From Heterodontus francisci (taxonomy: Eukaryota), in the NCBI RefSeq assembly GCF_036365525.1, contig NC_090404.1, forward strand, positions 33,780,236 to 33,844,235: a stretch of 64,000 bases of DNA, written 5' to 3'. The notes below the pieces were generated by a model. The model saw only the letters and a program-made list of their open reading frames with translations. It did no database searches and had not been told where the DNA came from. Both the position numbers and the translations under genes were made by a program. Every line of letters starts with the position of its first letter. Position 1 is the stretch's first letter. Shown here in pieces: positions 23,833 to 34,720 of this stretch.

Positions 23833-25239
23833 ATAAAGTGACTAAAATTCTCCTCTTTTTCAGTCCAAGCATTTGGGTTGAAATGAACTTGTCTCTGCCT
23901 GAGCAATGAATGGAAGCGTGGCCTCAAAACCAACAAGCAGATGTTCTACATCATTTGACACCGATTTCGCTCGTCACTTAAAAGCTACAATGTATTTAGG
24001 AAAACGTGAAAACCACCACTCTGGTCTAGGAAGGAGCATTGCTGGAAGGCTGAGATTAAAGACACCATTGTTTAAGTGTGTAACGTGAGGAAGTCTATAA
24101 TTTTACGATGATATACCTGGCCCAGAGGTACACAATATTGACATCAGTGACAGTGGAAAGGTTTTCTCTAGTATCCAGACGTTTACAAAATTGAGATAAA
24201 TGCTAAAGATATTGGAAAACATACCTTCAGTTTTTAAAGTAAAATAGTCACTCTGACCATAAGAATCATTACTTTCTTTATACATGGCATGAAATCTAAA
24301 TGAATAAGCATTCTCCTTTGTTTTCACTAAAAGTTAAATTTGTTTCTCTGAACATTATCGAAACCACCGTCATTATATTCAGCGAGGATGTCATCTCTGA
24401 AATTCTCAAGATCTCTACAAGGGACCAAAGTTACATATTTATTGCGCATGTCCAACATTGTTACTTTTTTTTTCTAATCTACACTAAAATTGGTGAATTT
24501 CTCTCAATGATGTTTCAGAAGGGAGTGCTGTGCAAACTGTTTCTGGATTCTCATCATTCCCATTGGCTCTCCTTCCAGATTGGCAGATGTAAGCATGTAT
24601 TTGTCTACTCACTGGGATCCCTGATTTCATCCCATTAAATTAACATCCCTTCATAAAATGAGTGAAGAATATTTCATGGTGTATGTTACAAGAACCCTCT
24701 TATCTGAAGGGATTTGATCTTACTTTCATTTCCAAAAGTTGCTATTTTTGGCAGAAAAAGGAAAAAGGAAGGCACAAAAAAGTGAGAATGTCAGATGACT
24801 GATTGTAATAAAATGAATCATCTCCATTGGTTTGAACAGCAAACTGAGTTTCAACCCTGAGATATGTTGAGGCAACGACAAGCAGAAATGTCATGTGTAG
24901 GACTTGGGCTGATTTCAACACTCAAATCTTCACCTCAGCATTCTAAAACAAAGACAGCGTGCACATTTAGATTCACTTCCTATCAATTTCTGTGAAGAGG
25001 CACGAGGCGTTTAAAAGTGCTATATAAATGCCTGCTGTCATTGTTACTCCAGTACAGGCTCCACTGAATCGGTTGCCTTGAGTACCTCTCACGATTGGAC
25101 ACTCTGAGTAGATCAGCAGAAAATGTGAATGCCAACAGCCTATCCTACAGCAACAACATCAGAGCCCCGTCCGGTCCTTCCCTCAGCAGAGGTGCAAACA
25201 CATCGAACTCCACCTGACCTCCTCAGATCGGAGGGCCAT

Positions 25240-26175
25240 TAATGTTTGGGATGATAAAATCAGAAATCCAATTTCTAAATTTGTGGATTACACCAAATTC
25301 AGGCGAATAGCCAATGTTGAGGAGGACTGCAACAAATTGCAAGAAGATATGAAGATACTTGCAGTATGGAGAAATAATTGGCAAATGAATTTGACATAAA
25401 TAAATGCAGAGTATTGCATTTCACCAAGAAAGTAAAAGAGGTGGCATATTACTTAGAAAATAAGAATATAAATGTGGAAGAGGAGCAAATGGATCTGGGA
25501 TTACAGATCCATAAATCATTACAACTAGAAACGCAGATTAACAAGGTCATAAAAAAAACTAGAATTGAAAGGTAAAGAAGTTACACTAAAACTGCATCGA
25601 ACCTTGATTTGACTACACCTGGATTACTGCGCACAGTGTGCTTGTCATATATTGAAAAAATGATGCAGAGGCATTAGAGAGGGCGCAAACATTATTTACA
25701 AGGATGACAACATCAATACGGGGGTATACATTTCAGGAGAGATTGAACAGGCTAGGTGTCTTTTCTGCTGAAATGAGAAGGCTGAGGGGTTCTCTAATAT
25801 TGTTTTATTTTTCATTATGAAAGGTTTGGTCGAGTAGGCCCAGTGAAGTTTTCCACTTGGGAAAGAGCAAAGCTAGTGGCCATTAACATAAGGTAGTCAC
25901 CAAGCAATTCAATAGGGCATTCAGAACAAGCTTCTTTATCTAGAGAAAGGTGAAAATAGGGAACTCCCGACCACAAGGAGTGGTTGAAGCGAACAGTATA
26001 ATTGTATTTAACTGGACTCTAGCCAAGCATATGAAGGAGATAGCAATGGAGCGTTATGTTCAAAGAGTTAAATGGGGAAATACCGAAGGAAGACTTGAGT
26101 GAAGCATAAACGCTTGCCTGGACTTATTGGGCCGAATGGACTGTTTCTGTGCTGTATATTCTATATAACCCTATT
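25240..26175 (+). mobile_element. Degenerate CR1 LINE 3' fragment in the C3-C4 intron
   Basis: ORF 25378..25575 (KCRVLHF, DLGLQIHKSL); tail TGGGCCGAATGGACTGTTTCTGTGCTGTATATTCTAT. Confidence 0.85.
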
Positions 26176-26660
26176 TAAGAGGAAACAATGGGGTTAGCCT
26201 CAGGAACCCGGATGTATCTAGGCCATTGCATCTGCCAAAAAGCCAGCAGTTGAGATTCGTCAACTCAGCGAGGTCTGGTGGCAGGACATAGGGCGTTTTT
26301 GGTCTGCAAAGCTGACTACTACAGTGTCGGGGTCCTCACCAATGCTAGAAGCTTGTTTGTTAGTGTTTATGACTGCGTCTGAAACACAGCAAATATCAGC
26401 AGGTTGTTGTACCGTGAGGACATTGCAGCCAAGTCCTCTCTTCTTCTTCCCAGAAATAGCACACACGCATTTACCATAGATCACGAGTGGAACCACGCAC
26501 TATTGCTGTTTCGTGAATCTAGGGACACTAAGACCAATTTCAGGCCCCGAACATCATCAGGTGAAATCAACGAACTCAGCAAGAAACGGTATCCAACCCC
26601 AGATCCAGGGAAGTTTATTGCTTCTTCATCCTTCACACAGAGGTGGTGGGGCTATTATTG

Positions 26661-26838
26661 TGCAAATAATATTTCCAATCATTTATTCCACAGATCAGGA
26701 ATTCCTCTGACTGGAATTTAATTGGGACAAATTGTTCCCGTTCTCATGCTGCAGACGTTCACGCATCAGACTGACTGGTGCTGGAGGTCAGTTGCAGCCC
26801 CGTAGCCAGAACGTAGTGGGTTCCAATACACCTCATTA
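26661..26838. repeat. ~180-bp direct repeat, copy B
   Basis: Aligns with 23655-23832; this copy contains a minus-strand AATAAA (26682-26687) that copy A lacks. Confidence 0.85.
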
Positions 26839-27008
26839 TTTGTAATTCGATTGGAATAAAAACAATCAGAAATGAAAACAGTTTAGTTTACACTCATCAA
26901 AACAAAAGGTCACAGCATTGGATTCTGTTCATGATGACGTTATTAGACTCCTCCTATGACCTCTAACCCTGGCGGTGCAGAAGATATGAGTAATTGAAAT
27001 GCAAAAAG

Positions 27009-27091
27009 CTACTGACAAAATTGGCTGAGTCGCCTGATAACTGGTTGTTTTTGGCTTTTAACTGACTGCCGGCACTCAGTGTTGTGTCGGA
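27009..27091 (-). CDS. Candidate alternative secretory tail exon after C3 (VRHNTECRQSVKSQKQPVIRRLSQFCQ*)
   Basis: Pyrimidine-rich acceptor TTTACTTCGTTCTGTACTGCTGTATTTAAG; phase 1 join to C3 is open for 27 aa; Cys7 and a penultimate Cys; AATAAA at 26682-26687 and 26614-26619. Confidence 0.5.
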
Positions 27092-27483
27092 CTTAAATAC
27101 AGCAGTACAGAACGAAGTAAACAGCACCCAAAGTCTTCTTCCCACATTATGGAACTCTATGCATTTTGAGCTACTGTTTATTGCTGTTTAAAGATAGCCA
27201 ACAATCACCAGTGAACCGTACAGTGAAGTTGGAGAAATCCTTCTCCTACTTCATTCTTACCATTGGGTCCTCACATGTATATAGCGGCGCACACACTGAG
27301 TGCTGATCATTTTATTGTCTCCGTGTGGCCTGTGAGTTAAGGCTGCATTAATTGTTATCCACACATTTTGCTGTTCCTACAACTAGAGGAATCTGATCAC
27401 CAGTGCCCCCGTTGTTTGATGTTGCCTTTAGATTAAGTACAAAGCACTGATTGTGTGAGTATATATTGTGTAACTGCCCTTAC

Positions 27484-27801
27484 CTTCCGGGTTGCTGATG
27501 GCCCTCTTCACGGTAGAGTCTGAAGGTGGATGTGAGGCAGAACAGGTGTATGTTTCTCCCTTTTTCCATTCAGCTGCAGGTAAAATGAGAAGGCTGCTTG
27601 TGCTGAAGCTCTGGTCCTGTTCAAGAGCAGTGGGGAAACTGGTGACGTTCGAGTTTAAAGCAACTCCGTCCTTCTCCCAGGAAACGGTGATTTTATCAGG
27701 ATAGAATCCTCTTATCAAGCATGTGAGAATGGCGGTGCTGGTATTTTGAATCTCCTCTGGTGATGGAGGCAGGAGGCGGACCTTTGGCTGTATTGGCTCG
27801 A
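27484..27801 (-). CDS. IgNAR: IgNAR C3 exon
   Basis: Acceptor CTGTTACAG; 318 nt, phase 1-1; VEPIQPKVRLLPPSPEEIQNTSTAILTCLIRGFYP...W...YTCSASHPPS; donor GAA G|GTAAGG. Confidence 0.97.
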
Positions 27802-27876
27802 CTGTAACAGAATTTGAACCAGGGTTAGTCTTCCTTCCACTGTCATTTAAAAACAGGGTGATATATTTTTACCCAC

Positions 27877-28179
27877 CTTTTGTCTTTCTTGTTTGTTTTG
27901 TTACCGGATTTGATGATTGGCCCCCATGTGCTGAGCATGAGTATTCAACCCCGCTATCCCACTCTTCCACGCTGCTTGTCAAGTGGCTGATTGTCAGGTA
28001 CTGGTTTCCATCCTTTGTAGCTGCTTCGATTTGAACTCCTTCAATCCTCATCTTACCATCAACTGTCCAAGAGATCGCAATCTCAGTGGGAACTGTAGAG
28101 ACCACTTCACACAACAGGGCGGCAGTCTTATTGATCCAGATATCTTCAATGGAGGGATCTCTGAGAAATACTGTGATTT
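27877..28179 (-). CDS. IgNAR: IgNAR C2 exon
   Basis: Acceptor CTCACTGACAG; 303 nt, phase 1-1; EITVFLRDPSIEDIWINKTAALLCEVVSTVP...W...YSCSA; donor AAA G|GTGGGT; 75-nt intron to C3. Confidence 0.97.
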
Positions 28180-28384
28180 CTGTCAGTGAGAAACGAGAGA
28201 TTCAGAAACAGGACAATGCGTTAAGGTTGACAAATCCGTTTGTTTAGGAAGAATTTAATTTCAGTGACAATTGATAGCTGATGAGCATATTTTCACTGAT
28301 TATTATTGAATTTAAAACATCATTCTGTTGTTTATGCACAGTTTGAGTTGAATCACTAATTTGAAAAAATAATTTATACTGAAT

Positions 28385-28785
28385 GACAGGCAGAGAGACA
28401 AAAAGAGAGCTGGATACAAAGAGACAAACCGACAAAACAGAGAGCAACACAGAGATAATGAGCATCAGGAACAGGACAAGAGAGAGAGAAATCGATAGGG
28501 AGAGACAGGCAGGGACAGAGCAGCAGAGAGAGAGGTAACAGCAGAAAGAGTGGGATGGAGAGACCATCAGAGAAAGAGTGAGAGGCAGAGAAATAAAGAG
28601 AGAGGGGAGAGAAAGAGATAAAGGGAGTCCAACAGCCAGACACCAACAGAGATTTTTAAAAAAACATGCAGCGACATGGAAACGGAGTGTGAGAGAGAGA
28701 CAGTGGGTTATAAAGTGGGAGGGTGACAGACACAGAGAGAAAACCTGAGGGAGATGGAGAGAGAAAGAAAGAGAGAAATAGACAA
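28385..28785. repeat. GA-rich low-complexity/microsatellite tract (C1-C2 intron)
   Basis: Interrupted (GA)n and (GACA)n runs; explains the hydrophobic S/L-rich spurious ORFs. Confidence 0.85.
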
Positions 28786-29652
28786 ATGAATTGGGCCGAT
28801 CGTGTTTGATGACTCCCTAGAATTGTTGTCCAAATAGTCGTATTTCCCTGGCTCTTACACATGTCGTTTTAAATAAAATATTTAAAAGAAAGAACCGTTT
28901 GTTGTTTTATTTCGGTTTTCTGATCATATCTGTCTCTTTAATTTAGGAGCAGTTCTCTCTCAATGTCTATCCCTCTCTCACTCACTGTTCTTACTTTCTC
29001 TGTCCCAATCTCACCTATTTCATTTTATTTACACAATTTTGTACCGAATGCAGCAGCAGATATAATAAATCCTCAGAAATGTAACGAGTAACTGAACCGT
29101 ACTGTGAAATTTGATCCATTATTTTCTAAAGATACGCTTTTGATCTGTATTTCTGTCCTGTTTCACCTGGATTGATTTGGTGAATTAATTAAATGGGATG
29201 TGAGACGATCTTTATAAATTATTCCTAATATCGTAAAAGATTATGTTCGATGCGTTACATTGACCACAGCATCATATTCATGTCAAGACATCTTAGTGCC
29301 TTTTGCAATACTAGCCTGACAGTGAGCACCATCCAGTACTTCAGTCATTGCCGCTGAAATCGGGAATGATATAACACAGAAGGAGGCCATTCGGTCCATC
29401 GTGCCTGTGCTGGCTCTTTGAAAGAACAGCTTCAGGTAGCTCGGACGTTGCTGCTGAAACATTCCCAACAATTTTTACTATAGAATTCCAGTACACCATG
29501 AACTGGTACAGATGTCACTCACTGGACCAGTTCAGGAATGTTTAATCCTCATCGATAAATGGTCACAATAACATCCCAACTAATCCAATATTGATACAGA
29601 AAGTGGGAATACTTCACTCGTGCAAGCTTCTGAATTGGTTTCATTTCCTCAC

Positions 29653-29967
29653 CTGATTTTGATCTAATGTCTTTCCGCTGTACACTGTTGGTTGCAGAAT
29701 GGGATACTTGGCAGCTGTACACAGAACCGCTACTCCATTCCTGTAGGGGCACTTTAAGGATGCTTCTGGAGCTAAAATCTCCATTCGATGTTTTAGTTGG
29801 GGATGTGGTGGTAAAGCCAGACTGTATGGAGTTTCCATTCTTCTCCCAGCTGACTGTAATGCTTTCTGGTTTGTATTCACTGATGAGGCAAAACAGTTGT
29901 ACCAACCCTTTTATTCTCAGTTCGTCAGTTGCAGAGTAGAGGAGATTGATCGTTGGTGGAGCAGGTC
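29653..29967 (-). CDS. IgNAR: IgNAR C1 exon
   Basis: Acceptor AATTCTAG; 315 nt, phase 1-1; GPAPPTINLLYSATDELRIKGLVQLFCLISEYKPE...W...LKVPLQEWSSGSVYSCQVSHSATNS; donor TCA G|GTGAGG. Confidence 0.97.
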
Positions 29968-30879
29968 CTAGAATTACAAGGATATTTTACTCCCTTCTAT
30001 AATTATGAGAAGACCATTTCCCTCATTTCCCGGCCGGCATTTATCCTTCAACCAACACCTAAAACTGATGATCTCATCATTATCACATTGCTATTTGTGG
30101 GATCTTGCTGTGCGCGTTTCATACATTCCAATAGTGACTACTCTTCAAAAAGCGTTTGGACGTACTGAGGGCGTGAAAGACCCGATTGAAATTCAAGTCT
30201 TCATTTGTTTATTGAAATCATGGTCTCTGGTTAATTGTCATTTGTTTTATTTTCCTTTGTATTGCTGTGAAATATTTTCAAAATTAGAGGCCAGCTATTG
30301 ATTCTTAAGATAATATGATTGGCTGACAACCACTGCCTGAGCAAAGTTTAATACAAATAGATGGCATATAAGAAATTACTTTTTTTTTAAACGGCTTCTG
30401 AAATGTCACTGATCCATTTACATTCAAGATCACAATATATTGCTGTTCTATGAGTTGTGTTATATAGGGATTGCTTGTTTGTGAAGACATATTACGGGAT
30501 AGGACAAGTCCAAGGCCCCAGTCTGATAAAGGAGGTTTCCAGGGGCAGTTGCTACTTATCCAATGCCTCTGTGTTTATCACATTGCAATTTTCTGTTGGT
30601 GTGGCTGTGGCTATTGAAATTGGTAAGAAATGTAGGGATATCACAGTGGGCGTGTTGGGAGAAAGAAGTTTAGATATTGAATGAACATTCATTTATTTTT
30701 ATAAGTTGTTAATTTCTGAATAAAGAATGATCAATGCGCTGGGGCAAAATTATCCTCACCCTTGATGTGGGTGCAGTGATGGTCAGATATTAAATGTATA
30801 TCCTTTATTATTTCCCCCATTCCTCCTCGTATTTCTTATCTACATGCAGCCCTTCAACGACACAATAGTTTTTACATGT

Positions 30880-31825
30880 CTACTAACAATACCCAGCTCC
30901 CCCTCACCACCACTTCTCTTGACTCCTTCACTGTCTCTAAATTGTCAGACTGTTAGTTCAACTTCCAATAGTGGATGAGCAGAAATTTACTCCAACTAAA
31001 TATTGGGAAGACAAAAGCCATTGTCTTCAGTTCCTGCTGTAAAGTCCATTCCCTCGCTACTGACTTCATTTCTCTCTCTTGCAACTGTCTCCAGGTAAAC
31101 CAAGCCGTTTGCCACTTTGATGTCATATTTGACTAGTAGATCAGCTTCTGACCACATATACGTACTCCCCATCACTAAAACCGCCTATTTCCACCTCCAT
31201 AATGTGACATGACTTCGCCCCTGCCTCAGCTCTTCTGCTGCTGAAAACGTCCTTCTTGCCTATGTTACCTTATAGACTCGACCGTTGCAATGCACTCCTG
31301 CCCATACTCCCTAAAAGTAAGGTCATCCAAAACTCTGCTGACCGTTTCTTAATCACACCAAGTCCTGTTCACACACCATCATTGTGCTGGCTGACCTACA
31401 TGGTGCCTCGATCAACCAACCCTTTGATTTGAAAATTCTCATCACTGCCTTCAAGTCCCTCATGGCCTCGCCCATCCTTACCTCTGTAATCTCCTCCAGT
31501 TCCACAACTCTCCGAGATATCCGCGTTCATCTAATTCTGGCCTCTTGAGCAGCGCCAATCTTAATTGTTCCACAGTTGGTGTCCATGCCTTCAGCTGCCT
31601 TTCTGAAATCCCTCCTAATTTTCTCTGCCTCTTTACCTCTCTTTATTTCTTTCAGGTACTCCTTAAAACCTTTCTCCTTGACAAAGCTTTTGGCCATGCA
31701 CTGTAATATCACCTTATGTGGGTCGTTGTCAAATTTTGTTTTATAACGTTTTTGTGAGGTGCCTTGTACATTCTATTACATTAAAAAGCGCTATATAAAT
31801 GCAAGTTGTTGTTGTTGTTGTTTGT
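30880..31825 (+). mobile_element. L2 LINE 3' fragment
   Basis: TGGATGAGCAGAAATTTACTCCAACTAAATATTGGGAAGAC (WM..N.LQLN..KT) and tail GCGCTATATAAATGCAAG(TTG)n. Confidence 0.85.
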
Positions 31826-31907
31826 TACCAATAATCTGTTTTGATTTGTGTGCTTATGGAGCAAATTGATTTCTTAACTTTACAGGGAATTGTTTTTGAA
31901 ACAGAGC

Positions 31908-32062
31908 GGGTGGCACAGCGGCGCAATGGTTAGCATCGCAGCCTCACAGCTCCAGCGACCTGGGTTTAGTTCTGGGTACTGCCTGGGTGCAGTTTACAAG
32001 TTCTCCCTGTGACCGTGTGGGTTTCTGTTGGGTGTTCCGGTTTCCTCCAACAGCCAAAGACT
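31908..32062 (+). mobile_element. tRNA-derived V-SINE (HE1-like), 3'-truncated
   Basis: Nearly identical head to the full copy at 56483; V-domain GGGTTTC...CCGGTTTCCTCC. Confidence 0.85.
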
Positions 32063-32289
32063 GGGTTCCGAAGAAGGGTCACTGACCCGAAACGTTAACT
32101 CAGCTTCTTTCTCCACAGATGCTGCCAGACCTGCTGAGTATTTCCAGCATTTCTTGTTTTTATTTCAGATTTCCAGCATCCACAGTATTTTGCTCTCATA
32201 ATTTGAATGTCTGTTATAATTTATTCTCATGAAAAGTTCCCAAATTTCACTTGCTCCCAAAGTGACTTCAGTCTTTTGCCGTCACTGTC

Positions 32290-32750
32290 TGAGGTGGAAC
32301 CAGTCTGTTCTTAACCTGGATGTCAGATTTGACCCTAAGATAAACTTCTGACCCCATATCCTCGTCACTGCAAACGCCGTTTACGTCCACATCTGTAAGA
32401 TTTCCTTCCTCCGCCCCTGCCTCCGCCTATCTGCAGCCTCGCCTATTCCAATCTCTCCAAGCCGGCCTCCCACCTTTCATCCTCCATAAAATTGAGCTGA
32501 TCCAAAATTCTGTTGCCTGGATACAAACTTGCACCAAGTCCTGTTCATGCATCACTCCTGTGCTTAGTGACATACATTTGCTTCCAGTTGTACACCACCT
32601 CGAATTTAAAATTATCATCCTTGTGGTCAAATTCTCATGTCTGTCTCTGAAACCTTCTCCAACATTAAAACCCTCCGAGATCTCTGTCCTTCTCCAATCC
32701 TGGTCTCTTACCCATCTCTGATTTCCAACGTCCCACCATTGGCAGCCAGA
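32290..32750 (+). mobile_element. L2 LINE fragment
   Basis: Homologous to 31090-31590 (CAAAATTCTGTTGCC, CACCAAGTCCTGTTCA, TTTAAAATTATCATCC). Confidence 0.75.
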
Positions 32751-32779
32751 TAAGAAGCAACATTATAAAACTTAGAGCA

Positions 32780-34720
32780 TCTGTAATCATAGAGTCACTA
32801 AATGCTACAACACAGAAGGAGGTCATTCCATGATAGTGCCTGTGCCTGGCTCTTTGAAGGAACGATCCAATTCGTCCTAGTCCCTGCTTTTCCTCCACAG
32901 CTCTGCAATTTTCTCCCTTTACGTTTTTATCCAACTTACCTTTGGAAGTTACAATTGAATCAGCTTCCACTAGGCTTTCAGGCAGTGCATTTCACATCGT
33001 AACAACTCAATACATAAAAAGCTCTCTATCTCTCCTCCAGTTCCTTTTCTTCACTCTGTGTCCACGTGTTCCTGACGTCTCTGACACTGAAAACAGTTTG
33101 TCCTGAACTATTCTATCAAAACATTTCGGGATTTTAGCAGCTCCATTACATCTTACCTTAACATGCCCTGCTCCGAGAGGAACAATCCCAGTTTCAATAA
33201 AGCTTCCTCACAACTAACATCACTGGTTCCATTGTTGTAAATTTCCTCTGCACCCTTCCTAAGGGTTTAATTTCCTTCCTTAAATGTGGTTCATAAAATG
33301 GTCACATAATTCCAGGTGGGGCTTAACCATTGACTTTTAAGATCCAGCATATCTTCCATGCATTTGTAATCTCTGTCTCTGATGATAAATGCCACCTTCA
33401 AATATTTGTGTACATGCAGACCCAGGTCTCTCCGTTCCTGCACCCCCTAAAAATTGCATCATTTAGTTTATATTGTCTCTCCTCATTCTTTCTACCAAAA
33501 TGCAGCACTTAACACGTCTCTTCATTCAATTGTACCTGCCATGTGTCTGCCTTTTTGATCAATCAGTCTATATTTTCGTCGCTGTTTTCTACAATAGCAA
33601 GTTTCATGTCATCTCCAAACTTTGAAATTAGCCCTGTATCCTCTAGTCCAGGTCATTAATTTATATCCAAAAGAGCAGTAGTATTAATAATGCTGGGTGG
33701 CACCACTGTATGCGAGTTCCCAGTTCGAAAGATAATTGTATACCACTACTCCCCGCTTTGTGTTTCTTGGCTAATCTCGTAACAACGCAGTCGCTGCCCC
33801 CAAAATCACATGGACTAAACATTTGCTAACAAGTCTATTATGTGGTACTTTATCAAAACAACTTTTGAATTTCAATTTACATCAACATCATTCACACTAC
33901 CCTCATCAACATTTTCCAATACACCATCAATGAACTGAACCAAATTAGTTAAGCACGATTTTTCTTTAACAAATCTGAGATGCTGTCAATTATTAACGCT
34001 TATTTTCCCAAGTGTCAATCTATTTTGCCTCACATTATTGCCTCTAAAAATTTCTCAATCACCTACATTAGGCTGACTGGCTGCAGTCGTCGGGTTTATA
34101 ACTCTTCACATTTTGGACAAAGGTCTAACATTTTATGTTCTCCAGTCCTATGGGACCATTCCAATATCTGAGGAGGAATGGAATATTGCGGCCAGAACCT
34201 CAGCTATGCCCATCCTTACTTCCCTGAACAAGTTAGGATGCATTCTATCCGTCCAGGTGACTTTTTACTTGAATCTTTGCCAACCTTTTAATTATCACAT
34301 CTTTATCTATCTTAACCTATTTTCCCTACTACCTCCTCATTTGCTGTGACATTGGCAGCATCCTCAGTTTTAGTAAAGATAAATGGCAACTATTTATTTA
34401 GTACCTCAGCCAAGCCCTCGAACTCCACAAAAATATATGTTTTGGTCCCTAATCAGTTCCACCCTTCATTTGATAATCATTTTACTATTCATAAGTTTAT
34501 AAAAAGACTTTTGAGTTCCCTTTTATTTTAGCTGTTAATCTTATACTCTTTCTTTTCACCTCCATTCCCTTTTTCAGTTCCCCCTGCACTTCCTATACTC
34601 AGCTTGCTTCTCTACTGAATTATCATAAGCTTCCGGTTTTGTATCATTTCAACACTGTAGCTTTACTGTTTCATGGAGCTCTATCTTTGGATGCTCTTCC
34701 CTTGCCTCTCATGGAAATGC
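32780..34720 (-). mobile_element. Degenerate CR1 LINE fragment in the J-C1 intron
   Basis: CR1 tail at ~32785-32860 and decayed ORF2 3' half on the minus strand. Confidence 0.8.

Noticed and set aside
27311-27483. C3 read-through tail GKGSYTIYTHTISALYLI* with AATAAA at 27311-16
   Set aside because: No Cys or tailpiece motif and the C3 donor is strong; likely ordinary intron sequence.
28244-28862. Hydrophobic ORFs suggesting membrane proteins
   Set aside because: Translations of the (CT/GA)n low-complexity tract.
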